This document shows positions 48,867-57,765 of a DNA stretch of 64,000 nt, one piece after another. Each line of letters starts with the position of its first letter. Position 1 is the stretch's first letter. The notes beneath the pieces were generated by a model. That model ran no database searches, was not told the DNA's origin, and saw only the letters and a list, made by a program, of their open reading frames with translations. The DNA is taken from the NCBI GenBank assembly GCA_043814605.1, contig JBDRJV010000018.1, positions 21,545 to 85,544 on the forward strand, written 5' to 3'. Both the position numbers and the translations under genes were made by a program. The DNA comes from Candidatus Omnitrophota bacterium (lineage in GTDB: Bacteria; Omnitrophota; Gorgyraeia; B26-G9).

Positions 48867-50729
48867 TCATATTTTTTTTAACTGACAAAATATTTCAAAA
48901 TCAATAATTTCCTCAAACGGAATATTTCTTTTTCTCGTATAAACAATTTTAGAATTGACAAACGAATCCGACTCATTCAATTTCTCGGTTAATCCGACAA
49001 CCGCGGAATGTGACTCAGCCATGCCGACTAAAACAATTGACGCGTTTTTCTCAAAAGAGAAACTGTTAATCGTAATATCAGAGGGAATTAAAATGCTCAA
49101 TTTTCTTAATATCTCCATGCAGGAGTTTTCTAAAGATACATAATCTTCAACTGTCTGGATTTTATCTCTCAGATCCTGGATATAAGTTATTTTTGGCTTA
49201 AGGGTATCAAGTTCTTTTTGCAGGCGGTTAATGTGTGCATCTCTTAGTGCCAGAATCCAGAGCGGAAAAAGGAAAAAGGCAAAAACTATTAAAATACAAA
49301 TTGCCGCAACTGTGATTCTTTTGTTTAAAATACGTTTTGTTTTTTTCTCCTGCTTGATTTTTTTCGGCAGTAAATTAAACTCAATGCTTTTTATTTTTCC
49401 GGCGGCTTGCGTCTTCTTAAAGCCTGAGGCTAAACCTAAAAGCGGATGCAGAATTTGTATGTTGGCGTGGTATTTTTCTGCCCGCGCTGCGATTTCCACT
49501 TGTGTTGCTGGCTTTTCCTGGATAACTTTTTCTTTTAATGCGGTTTTTAAATATTCATCCAGGTTTTTTAGATAACTACCGCCGCCGCTTAGACGGATCT
49601 GGTTAATTTCCGCTGCGCTTGAGGTCATTTGATAAGATTCCAGTGTGCGTTTAATTTCAGCACTTAATGCATCTGCCCAATTAGCAGCGATAGAGGAAAT
49701 GCTTTTCTGAGTTTTATTACTTGCAGTTTTAGTCAGGATAATACCGTTTTCCTTTTTAATTTTTTCTGCATCATCGAAGCTGATGCTTAATTCCCGTGTT
49801 AAATCCTGGGTTAAATTCACAGAGCCTAAGTGAATACTACGGCATAAACACAAACTTCCATTTTCAATAATGTTGATGTCTGTATCTGCGGCGCCGATAT
49901 GCAGCTGGACATAAACGCCTTGTTTTTGAAAATTTTCTGCGGCTGCGTTATAAATTGCAAGTGAACTAATCTCAATAATGTCCGGGTCAATATTAGCATT
50001 TTTTAGTAATTTTAAATATTTATCCAGTACTTCTTTTTTAACTGCAATAAGTGCAACATTAGTATTCGGGGGAATTTTTCTTACAATCTGGTAATCAAAT
50101 TCCACATCGGACAGAGAAAAAGGGATGTGTTGTTCTGCTTCAAATTCAAGCATGTTTTTAATTTCTGCTTCATCCTGAGTGGGAAGATCGATGAATTTAG
50201 CGATTACAGCTGAACGCGGTAAAATCGCATAGACTTTTAATTGCTTAAAAAGCGGATGTGTGCTGATTCTGATTAAGTTTTCGTGAATAAAATTCTTTAA
50301 TTTATCTTTAGTTGTGGTTACGATGTAAGGGATAGGGATAATCATGATGTCCTGCAAAATTATTTTTTCTTTATCATATGTTAAATAAATCATTTTAATG
50401 TTACTTGTACCGATATCTATAATGATTTTATCTTCTGTTTTTTTTGTGATTAATTTTTCCAGGCTATCTACCAGCCGGTTAAAAATTGATTTTGCCTGAT
50501 CTAAGTGCAGGAGCGGCAGATGAGAAATTCCTTTTTGGATTTTTTCGATGATTTGTAATTCCTGCGGCTGGGCGGCTTTTTGTTTTGTCGGATAATCAGG
50601 CTTATCTTTTTGTGAAATATCAACCTGATGAAACAAGGCATCAAGCCCTAAGCCCTTGATTTTTGACTTTACAACATCGTTAAGCCTTTTTTGTTCTTTT
50701 TTATTATTATCCTGGCTATTATTGTTCAT
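48867..50729 (-). CDS. pilM: PilM-PilN fusion (GspL-like) with an N-terminal ParB-like peptide
   Basis: IDIGTSNIK actin-like motif, FEAEQHIPF, LSGGGS, FNLLP junction, TM and PilN domain; N-terminal KGLGLDALF; start likely ATG 50729 overlapping the parA stop. Confidence 0.8.
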   Translation of the reverse strand: MNNNSQDNNKKEQKRLNDVVKSKIKGLGLDALFHQVDISQKDKPDYPTKQKAAQPQELQIIEKIQKGISHLPLLHLDQAKSIFNRLVDSLEKLITKKTEDKIIIDIGTSNIKMIYLTYDKEKIILQDIMIIPIPYIVTTTKDKLKNFIHENLIRISTHPLFKQLKVYAILPRSAVIAKFIDLPTQDEAEIKNMLEFEAEQHIPFSLSDVEFDYQIVRKIPPNTNVALIAVKKEVLDKYLKLLKNANIDPDIIEISSLAIYNAAAENFQKQGVYVQLHIGAADTDINIIENGSLCLCRSIHLGSVNLTQDLTRELSISFDDAEKIKKENGIILTKTASNKTQKSISSIAANWADALSAEIKRTLESYQMTSSAAEINQIRLSGGGSYLKNLDEYLKTALKEKVIQEKPATQVEIAARAEKYHANIQILHPLLGLASGFKKTQAAGKIKSIEFNLLPKKIKQEKKTKRILNKRITVAAICILIVFAFFLFPLWILALRDAHINRLQKELDTLKPKITYIQDLRDKIQTVEDYVSLENSCMEILRKLSILIPSDITINSFSFEKNASIVLVGMAESHSAVVGLTEKLNESDSFVNSKIVYTRKRNIPFEEIIDFEIFCQLKKI

Positions 50730-51486
50730 GGTTTTTTTGGATGACCTCATTAGCTAAGGCATTAAACATTGTTGTTGCCGGATCCTGCGGTGCGTATTCA
50801 ATAATGCTTTGGCCGTGGATTTCTGCTTCCGGAATTTTGGGATTGCGCATAATCCGGGTATTAAAAACCTTACGCTGTGTAAAATACTCAATGATTGCTT
50901 CACTGATTGATGTATGCAGCATAATTGACTCATCATACATATTAATCACAACGCCGAGAAAATAAGCGTAGTGCTCTAAATCCTCTTTAATTTTAAGAAT
51001 CGTACTCATGAGCATGCTCATACCTTTTAAAGCATAAGAATTTGGCTCAATCGGGACAAGTAAGTCAGTACTGGCGACAATTGCATTGACGGTTAAAATC
51101 CCCAAAGATGGCGGGCAGTCAATGATAATATAATCATATTTTGAAATTTCCGGGCGAAGAGCTTTTCTTAATTTAAACGGCCGCGAAATATCTGATGCCA
51201 GTTCAGTTTCGGCACCGGATAAACTGATATTTGCGGGTGTAATAAATAAATTTTTCAAAGATAGGGGAATGACAATATCGCTTAAAGGTACATTATTAAT
51301 TAAAGCATCGTAAATGGTGTTTTCTAAGCCATTGGTTTCCACGCCTAAACCGTCTGAGGAATTACCCTGCGGGTCTAGGTCAATAACCAATACACGGTAT
51401 CCTTGCATAGCTAGGGATGCAGAGAGATTAATCGTAGTTGTGGTTTTACCCACACCGCCTTTTTGATTAGTTACGGCAATAATCAC
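50719..51486 (-). CDS. parA: ParA/Soj family ATPase
   Basis: NQKGGVGKTTT, IDLDPQGN, IDCPPSLG. Confidence 0.9.
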   Translation of the reverse strand: MIIAVTNQKGGVGKTTTTINLSASLAMQGYRVLVIDLDPQGNSSDGLGVETNGLENTIYDALINNVPLSDIVIPLSLKNLFITPANISLSGAETELASDISRPFKLRKALRPEISKYDYIIIDCPPSLGILTVNAIVASTDLLVPIEPNSYALKGMSMLMSTILKIKEDLEHYAYFLGVVINMYDESIMLHTSISEAIIEYFTQRKVFNTRIMRNPKIPEAEIHGQSIIEYAPQDPATTMFNALANEVIQKNHEQ

Positions 51487-51690
51487 TTTTACTCCTTTTT
51501 ATAAGAAGCAAGTAGCCCCGCTGTAGCGGGATTTCGCTAAAAAATACATTAATGTTCTCAACAAGTAGAGAGAAAAGATATTTATTTTTTGTATAACTTA
51601 CTAATTTACTCGCACAATAATGTCTTAACAAAATTTTCTTTATTTATAAGAAAATTTTAGTCTATAGCCTAAGGTCTATTGTCTTTGGTC

Positions 51691-51933
51691 TTAAGATGCT
51701 AGTTTTTTAATACCCTTTTTGTGTTTTAACTGGCGTATGTCCTGTTCATAAAGCGCTTTGATTTTAATTATGTCTTCCTTAGTATAATAGCGCCAGCCTT
51801 TATCGTCTTTTCTGGCTTTGGGGATTATGCCCATTGCTTCGTAATTTTTTATAGTCTGAATAGCGATTTTTAGCTCTTTAGCTAGATGACTGATCTTAAA
51901 TTTTTGTTTTTCCATATTCAATCTAGTTTTCAC
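51691..51933 (-). CDS. MerR-type HTH DNA-binding protein
   Basis: ISHLAKEL.I..QTIKNYE..G.IP..R...GWRYYT..DI. Confidence 0.85.
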   Translation of the reverse strand: MKTRLNMEKQKFKISHLAKELKIAIQTIKNYEAMGIIPKARKDDKGWRYYTKEDIIKIKALYEQDIRQLKHKKGIKKLAS

Positions 51934-52147
51934 CTACAGAGAACTTTAGCGACTTTTAATTCTAAACCCACTAAAAGTGTACCATTTTAAGGGTATGTTG
52001 TCAAGAGATTAGCGACTTTAAAGAAAAAATTGTAAGTTAGGGGTAAGGTAAGGGCATAGTAACTGTTGGGGTTATGACGTTTCAAAGGGTAAGGGGTGTA
52101 GCAGCTTTCTGATATATATGATATACTTTTTTACTCATTAATAATGA

Positions 52148-53203
52148 GTGTTTAATAAAATAAAGGAATATAAAGTGGGAAATAAAAGTTTTAAGATATC
52201 TATAATTTGTTTACTTTTTGTTGTAGTATTTTGTGCAAAAGCACAAGCTTTTTCCTTAAATTGCCTTGCTCCGCGTTTGCAAATTAATCAACAGATTTTT
52301 CTTGAAAATGTTAATATTAACAAATCGCTGAATATTAATTGGGGTGTGCAGATTGAACCCTGGGTAAAAAGCCAATTGTTAAATGCACAGCGCAGGGAAA
52401 GATTTATAGAACGGGTTGTTGCAAAAATTCTTAATAAAACTGATAACGCAATAGAAATTTATGCGGTTAATGTTTCCTTATTTAATAGGGGGAAAAAAAA
52501 TAAATTTTCTTATCGGATTAAGGTTGATTTAATTACAGGAGAGAGAATAGAATTTATTCTAAAATCATACAAATATAACCGGTCTGTGAGATTTGAACGG
52601 GAAGTAGAAAGTTTAGCTCTTTTAGGCCCAGAGCATGTAGCCTTGCTTTATGGATATTGGACGCATACTCCAACCTGTAATAAAAATGAGCAGTTAGATG
52701 AAAATAATTATATGTTTTTTGCGCAAAGCTATGAATTAGGCGCGACTTTACAAGAGTATTTAGATAGCTTACCAAAGCTAATCACCGGGATTCATAAAAG
52801 TGATATAAAAGATGTGTTATCTTTAGCCATTAATCGGTATGCCCGAGTCCAGAAAATAACCCAAGGATATTTTCAACTGACGAATACTAACCCTAATAAT
52901 ATTATAATTAATATTTTAACCTCGGGAAAAATAGTAGTAAAAATTATTGATACCGGAGGGCAGATACAGGGTTATGACCACGAAAGATGGTGTGCAAATA
53001 TTATGCAAAATTTGGTTAATCCCGTACAATTATCACGGCCTGAGTTGCGGGGACTGCTGGATATTCAGGAGATTAAGAATATTACGCATGATATTTTAGA
53101 TCAAGAATTTACATTCTTGATACCTGATAAAAAGCTGACTAAGAAAAGGTATTTATCCCACAAAGAATTTTCAGCAGTGCAATTGTTAAACAGTGCGATT
53201 TAA
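52148..53203 (+). CDS. Signal-peptide protein with a degenerate protein-kinase-like fold
   Basis: Signal ending AQA; FILKSY...REVESL, TNTNPNNIII, VKIIDTG; shared LAP and C-terminal SAI motifs. Confidence 0.55.
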   Translation: MFNKIKEYKVGNKSFKISIICLLFVVVFCAKAQAFSLNCLAPRLQINQQIFLENVNINKSLNINWGVQIEPWVKSQLLNAQRRERFIERVVAKILNKTDNAIEIYAVNVSLFNRGKKNKFSYRIKVDLITGERIEFILKSYKYNRSVRFEREVESLALLGPEHVALLYGYWTHTPTCNKNEQLDENNYMFFAQSYELGATLQEYLDSLPKLITGIHKSDIKDVLSLAINRYARVQKITQGYFQLTNTNPNNIIINILTSGKIVVKIIDTGGQIQGYDHERWCANIMQNLVNPVQLSRPELRGLLDIQEIKNITHDILDQEFTFLIPDKKLTKKRYLSHKEFSAVQLLNSAI

Positions 53204-53669
53204 GTAATATTTTCTCCTCATTGTTTTCCTTAAAATGATTAAAATCCATTAAAATGTTATCCAAGATTATATTGACGAAATTATACCAATATTGTAATAT
53301 TTATATATGATTTGTCACAAAAAACTCTATTTTCCATTTAAAAAGGATATAAAGAGGTTATGGGCAAAAGAAAGAAAAAGGTAAATTAAAAGATAATTTC
53401 TAAATAAAAAAATTGTCTTTTTTTGTTTTAGTTATTTAAATGAAATTTTGTGTAAAGGAGCGAGGCACCCTACGGGTAGAGGCTTGCCCCTAAAACGGAC
53501 GAAGGGGATTTATCGCATATCCCCTTAAAATAGAGGAAGAGTCAATCCCCTTGCCTAAACATTGGAAATTCACTCAAGAAATTTCCTGTTAGACTACGGG
53601 TATAAATTTGCACAGTTACTTATGAGCGTTTCGCTCCGTAAGTAACGTGTTCATTTAAAGGAGGAATTT

Positions 53670-54878
53670 ATGGGATTATTTAATGCAGTTTTGAGATTTA
53701 AAGATAGATTGACAAAATTTAGTGATGAAGAGCCACTAAGTAAATTAGCTTTAGCGATTATTATTTTATTGGATATTTTCATATTATCTATTGTCTCTGG
53801 GGGTTTATCCGCGCACACATCCCAACTAACATCCCCGGATGAATATTTCCCTTACAAGTGCAGAAATATTTTTATTGATAAACAATGGTCACAAGCCAAC
53901 AAGATGGATAATCTCCAGAATTTTGTTCTCTCTGATTACAATAATTATTCTTACAGATATGATAGTGCTTTTGATAGATCTAGAATAGATAAAATGCATC
54001 CTATTTGCAAAAAATTTTATGATACTTCAAAATTGATATATGAAAACAGTGAATTAAAAAAACTATTTGTCCAGCGGCAAGAATTAGCCAAGGAAAAAAA
54101 TCAGTGGGCGCAGCAATATAATAGGAATAAAAACATATATGATACATCGCTTTTAGAGAACATAGCAGGACAAAGTAAAGAGGAGTTAGATGTTATTTCC
54201 AGCTCAATGAAAGAACAATCTAAAGAGATCGAAAGAATTAGTTTTGAAATAGCAAAAATCAACAACCAACTTAACCGCAATACGCTTGTAAATAACCTGT
54301 GGGAAATAATCCGGCCGGGGGACATTAATTTTAGAGATAAAATGATTAGAGACGTCAATAAATTTGAACGAATTTATTTATTCAAGGAGCTTATTTGGCA
54401 ATTAATATTTATGTTGCCTCTTTTTATAGTTTTTTATATCTGGTATAGTAAAAGTATTAAAAAAAGCAATACAATTCAAACTTTAATATCATCTCATTTA
54501 TTAGTAATAGCCTCAATTCCTATTGTTATAAAAGTTATTGAGGTTGTTCTAGATCTAATCCCTTACCATTTTTTCAAAGAATTATTTAAATTACTCGAAT
54601 TATTACATATTATCGCATTATGGCATTACATTGTAATCTTTATTTCAATTGGTGTGGCCATGTTTTTTATATATTTTATTCAAAAAAAATTATTTAATAA
54701 AAAACGGCTTTACCAAAAAAGACTGATGAAAGGAGCCTGCTACTTTTGCGGAAAGACGCTCCCCGGAAAAATAAATATTTGTCCATTTTGCGGCACAAAT
54801 CAGCTGAAAAAATGCGAGCAATGTAATGCCGATACTTTTGTGGGTGGCGAATATTGCATAAATTGTGGGAAAAACTAG
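53670..54878 (+). CDS. Membrane protein with coiled coil and C-terminal double zinc ribbon
   Basis: 4 TMs; CYFC, CPFC, CEQC, CINC; strong GGAGG RBS. Confidence 0.75.
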   Translation: MGLFNAVLRFKDRLTKFSDEEPLSKLALAIIILLDIFILSIVSGGLSAHTSQLTSPDEYFPYKCRNIFIDKQWSQANKMDNLQNFVLSDYNNYSYRYDSAFDRSRIDKMHPICKKFYDTSKLIYENSELKKLFVQRQELAKEKNQWAQQYNRNKNIYDTSLLENIAGQSKEELDVISSSMKEQSKEIERISFEIAKINNQLNRNTLVNNLWEIIRPGDINFRDKMIRDVNKFERIYLFKELIWQLIFMLPLFIVFYIWYSKSIKKSNTIQTLISSHLLVIASIPIVIKVIEVVLDLIPYHFFKELFKLLELLHIIALWHYIVIFISIGVAMFFIYFIQKKLFNKKRLYQKRLMKGACYFCGKTLPGKINICPFCGTNQLKKCEQCNADTFVGGEYCINCGKN

Positions 54879-54978
54879 GGTCTCCACAGATTTCTAACTA
54901 AAATTAGAAACCTAGGCACAGAGATAATTCGGGCAGATAACTTAACTTAATTTTGTTCACTTAAAAAAGGAGGAAAAA

Positions 54979-55557
54979 ATGAGAGGTTCTGGTTATTATG
55001 ATGGGATGATTTTTGCCAGTCTTGGTATTACAATAGGAATAATTTTTATTGCAACATTAGTCATCGCAGCTCTCACACGAACTAAATTAGAAAAAATTTC
55101 TCCCAAAATTATTTATTTTTACACGATGGCATTTATTAGTTTAATTTTTGTAGCAGATGGGATTGGAACATTTATCTCCATGATTGCGGATTTAATTGTA
55201 GCCTTAGGTATTTTTAATATTGAGATTAAAAAAGCTTTTTTAACTTTCTTCTCAATACTTGTAGTAGCTATACCTTCATATTTATTCCATTGGACTAAAA
55301 TGTTAAAAGGATTAGGATTAGAGGAAGAAGAAAAAATTTTATGGCCTTATTATAAATATATGGTCCTCGGTTTAACGGCAATAGCATCTTTAGTTTTTAT
55401 CGGAACTCTATTCTATCAGGCGTTGAGTAGTTTGCTGGGTATATCAAAATTCAATTGGAGCAATTTTAATATTGTATTAGGATATGGAATCGTGGGAATC
55501 GCTGCCTGGGTATATCATTGGGGTGTAAAAATGCAATTTGACAATAAAAATACCTAA
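54979..55557 (+). CDS. DUF5671-like membrane protein
   Basis: Two repeats of Y.Y....I.L...HW, five TMs; GGAGG RBS. Confidence 0.6.
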   Translation: MRGSGYYDGMIFASLGITIGIIFIATLVIAALTRTKLEKISPKIIYFYTMAFISLIFVADGIGTFISMIADLIVALGIFNIEIKKAFLTFFSILVVAIPSYLFHWTKMLKGLGLEEEEKILWPYYKYMVLGLTAIASLVFIGTLFYQALSSLLGISKFNWSNFNIVLGYGIVGIAAWVYHWGVKMQFDNKNT

Positions 55558-55576
55558 CAGCCTAAAATTATGAGAG

Positions 55577-55652
55577 GGAGATTGATTAATTTTAAGCTGC
55601 AAGTTTCAGGTAAAAATCTTTAAGCTTGAAGCTTGGTGCTTGTGGCTTACTT
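55577..55652 (+). repeat. 76-bp direct repeat, copy 1
   Basis: Matches 59304-59379 at 73/76 nt; contains AAGCTTG heptamers. Confidence 0.9.
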
Positions 55653-55714
55653 AACCTCATTCTGAATTTTAATGTTTGAAATCTAATTTTCCGATATCTG
55701 TTGAAAATTAAAAA

Positions 55715-57521
55715 CTATATAGCTGAAGTAATTAATGGAATACTTAAAAATAGTAAATTATTTTGTGATTTTATAATGGGTTGTGTTGCATCCACTTTTT
55801 GTTCTTGAACTAATTCTTTATGAAATTGTAAGGTTGATTGTTTAATCGCAGATAGTCCTTTTAGATTACCGCTAAATTGGATGAATTCCAAAGTAGCTCC
55901 TCCAGCTAAAGATAAATAGCTCAAGTCTGCATTGGCTTCTCTTGCCGCATAGGTTGTTTCTCCGCCTGCACTCATAGAAAAAATTTCTTGTTCTTTTGTT
56001 GCCTGTTCTATGGCTTTAAGCAACGTTAGTTCCCACAGCTCCTTCAGGAATTTTAGGGTCATCCGCAATACCCATGGGCCCAGCAATAATCACAATTCTT
56101 GCACCCTGCTGATTATTGTATTTTTGCTGTGTCTCAGTGCCAATATCAATTCCGTACCACCCTCTGGGAATACGTGTTTGATTAAATTTAATTTCTCCGG
56201 TTATTTTATTACAAATTGTATAATCTTTAGGAATTTCCACATTAATACCTGCAGCTTCGGCTGCAACTAATAAACTTGCAAAATTGGCAATCCTACTGTG
56301 CGCTTCTTTTAGCCCCTTTTCGGTTTCTAAGGTAATTTCTTTTTTGAGGTTCTCATCAATAATATAAGAATCACCGATTAAATCTTTAATTACTTTTAAA
56401 TTAATATTTTGCTGCATAAATTTTTCCAGTCCTTGAGAATCTTGGACTTTTCCTTGAGAGTCAAAAAATAATTTAAGTTCATTTAAAAATGATTTAGCAA
56501 TCATAAAACCATAACTTACACCACCGCCAATCCTGATTTCATCTTCATTCTTGTTTCTCATTAAGTTGCGTAAAATTAAATCCCGAGCAACAACAACTTT
56601 TGAAATTTTACCTGGCTTATTTTCTATTTTCTTGCCACCAATATATAAAATAAATTTACCACGATCTGGTTCTGCTAATATTTTTAAAACTTCTTCTCCT
56701 TTTATAATTTCCTCAGCCATATGATCGCCCACATAAGCCGGAACAAAATTCGGTAAGCCGGTTATATCAGTCGGAGGACGGTGCTGTTGATGAAAGTCGT
56801 CGTAAACTGCTAAGTCCACAATTTTTGCCAGAGCTTCTCCAATACCGGGATCTGCTTTATCATACTCAGGATCCATGCGAGGATTTTCTAAAAAAATGAT
56901 TTGCACTTTATTTTTTTCTCTTAATTCTTTTTGAACCAAAACAGAAACTTCATCAATATTAGCGTAGACAGATTTAACTTCGTTAGTATCGAGGTTTGTG
57001 GGGGCAAGGATCATTTCATCAGGGTCATGGATAATTCCTTCTTTTAATAACAAATCTCGTGTATATAAGAATAAACTTGCAGTACTAAGCTTGATATCTA
57101 CTCCATCTGGCCGGCCCATCCAGCCTGGTTGCCAGAGGATTTTTCCTTGGTTACCCAAAATATGCCTGATTACAGGTAAAACTACTTTTAATCGGACAGG
57201 GTCTTTTATGCGTTTAGGATTAAATTCTGTGGATTTCTTATCAAAAGGAACATCTCCGCCGCCTCTAAAATAAGTTACCTTAGTCCTGAGTTTTTCAGGT
57301 GTTAGCTCTTGATAGCTGCGATAACCTAATTTTCGCAGGGAATAAGATATATCTGAAAATCCTTTTACAGGTTCTGGTTTTAAAAAAAACGCGTGCTGGA
57401 TAACTTGGCTATTAATATTCAAATACGGCGATAACATTTCTGCAGCGGTAGCTAAGTTTGTAAAGAGAAAGACCTGAATAATTATGAGCGTAATAATTTT
57501 AATATTTTGTTTATTTTTCAC
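55715..57521 (-). pseudogene. Signal-peptide-bearing divergent phosphoglycerate kinase homologue, split by a frameshift at about 56021
   Basis: PGK landmarks: R...DVP, GRPDG, LENPR, GGKK, GGG, GIDIG, GPMG in 56016-57521; GGET and GGATLEF in 55715-56086. The break may be an assembly error. Confidence 0.7.
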
Positions 57522-57765
57522 AATTTAATCCTTCCATTTTAAAAATTAGTTAATTGTTAATAAACAAAAATCAAGAAAGTATACCTTATTTTTTTTCCCT
57601 TCGCAAGAGGAAAGTAAGCATCATTTTTATTTTTTTAACTATTTCTAATTAAATGACTTAAGAAAAATAATTAATTTTTAGCAAAATTATTTTTATTATG
57701 ATATACTTTTGTATCTTTTTTTTAGTTTATTTAATTTTTAAAATTGTAATTATAGGATAAAGAAT

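Noticed and set aside
50719-51486. Chromosomal parABS locus or plasmid partition system
   Set aside because: No parB gene or parS palindrome seen nearby; parA is translationally coupled to secretion genes
53360-53389. Tiny ORF MGKRKKKVN after GAGG
   Set aside because: Too short to support; possibly a gene remnant
53450-53660. Known riboswitch or tRNA
   Set aside because: Hairpins are present but I could not recognise a c-di-GMP, SAM, TPP, cobalamin or tRNA consensus; no tRNA or rRNA recognised anywhere in the window
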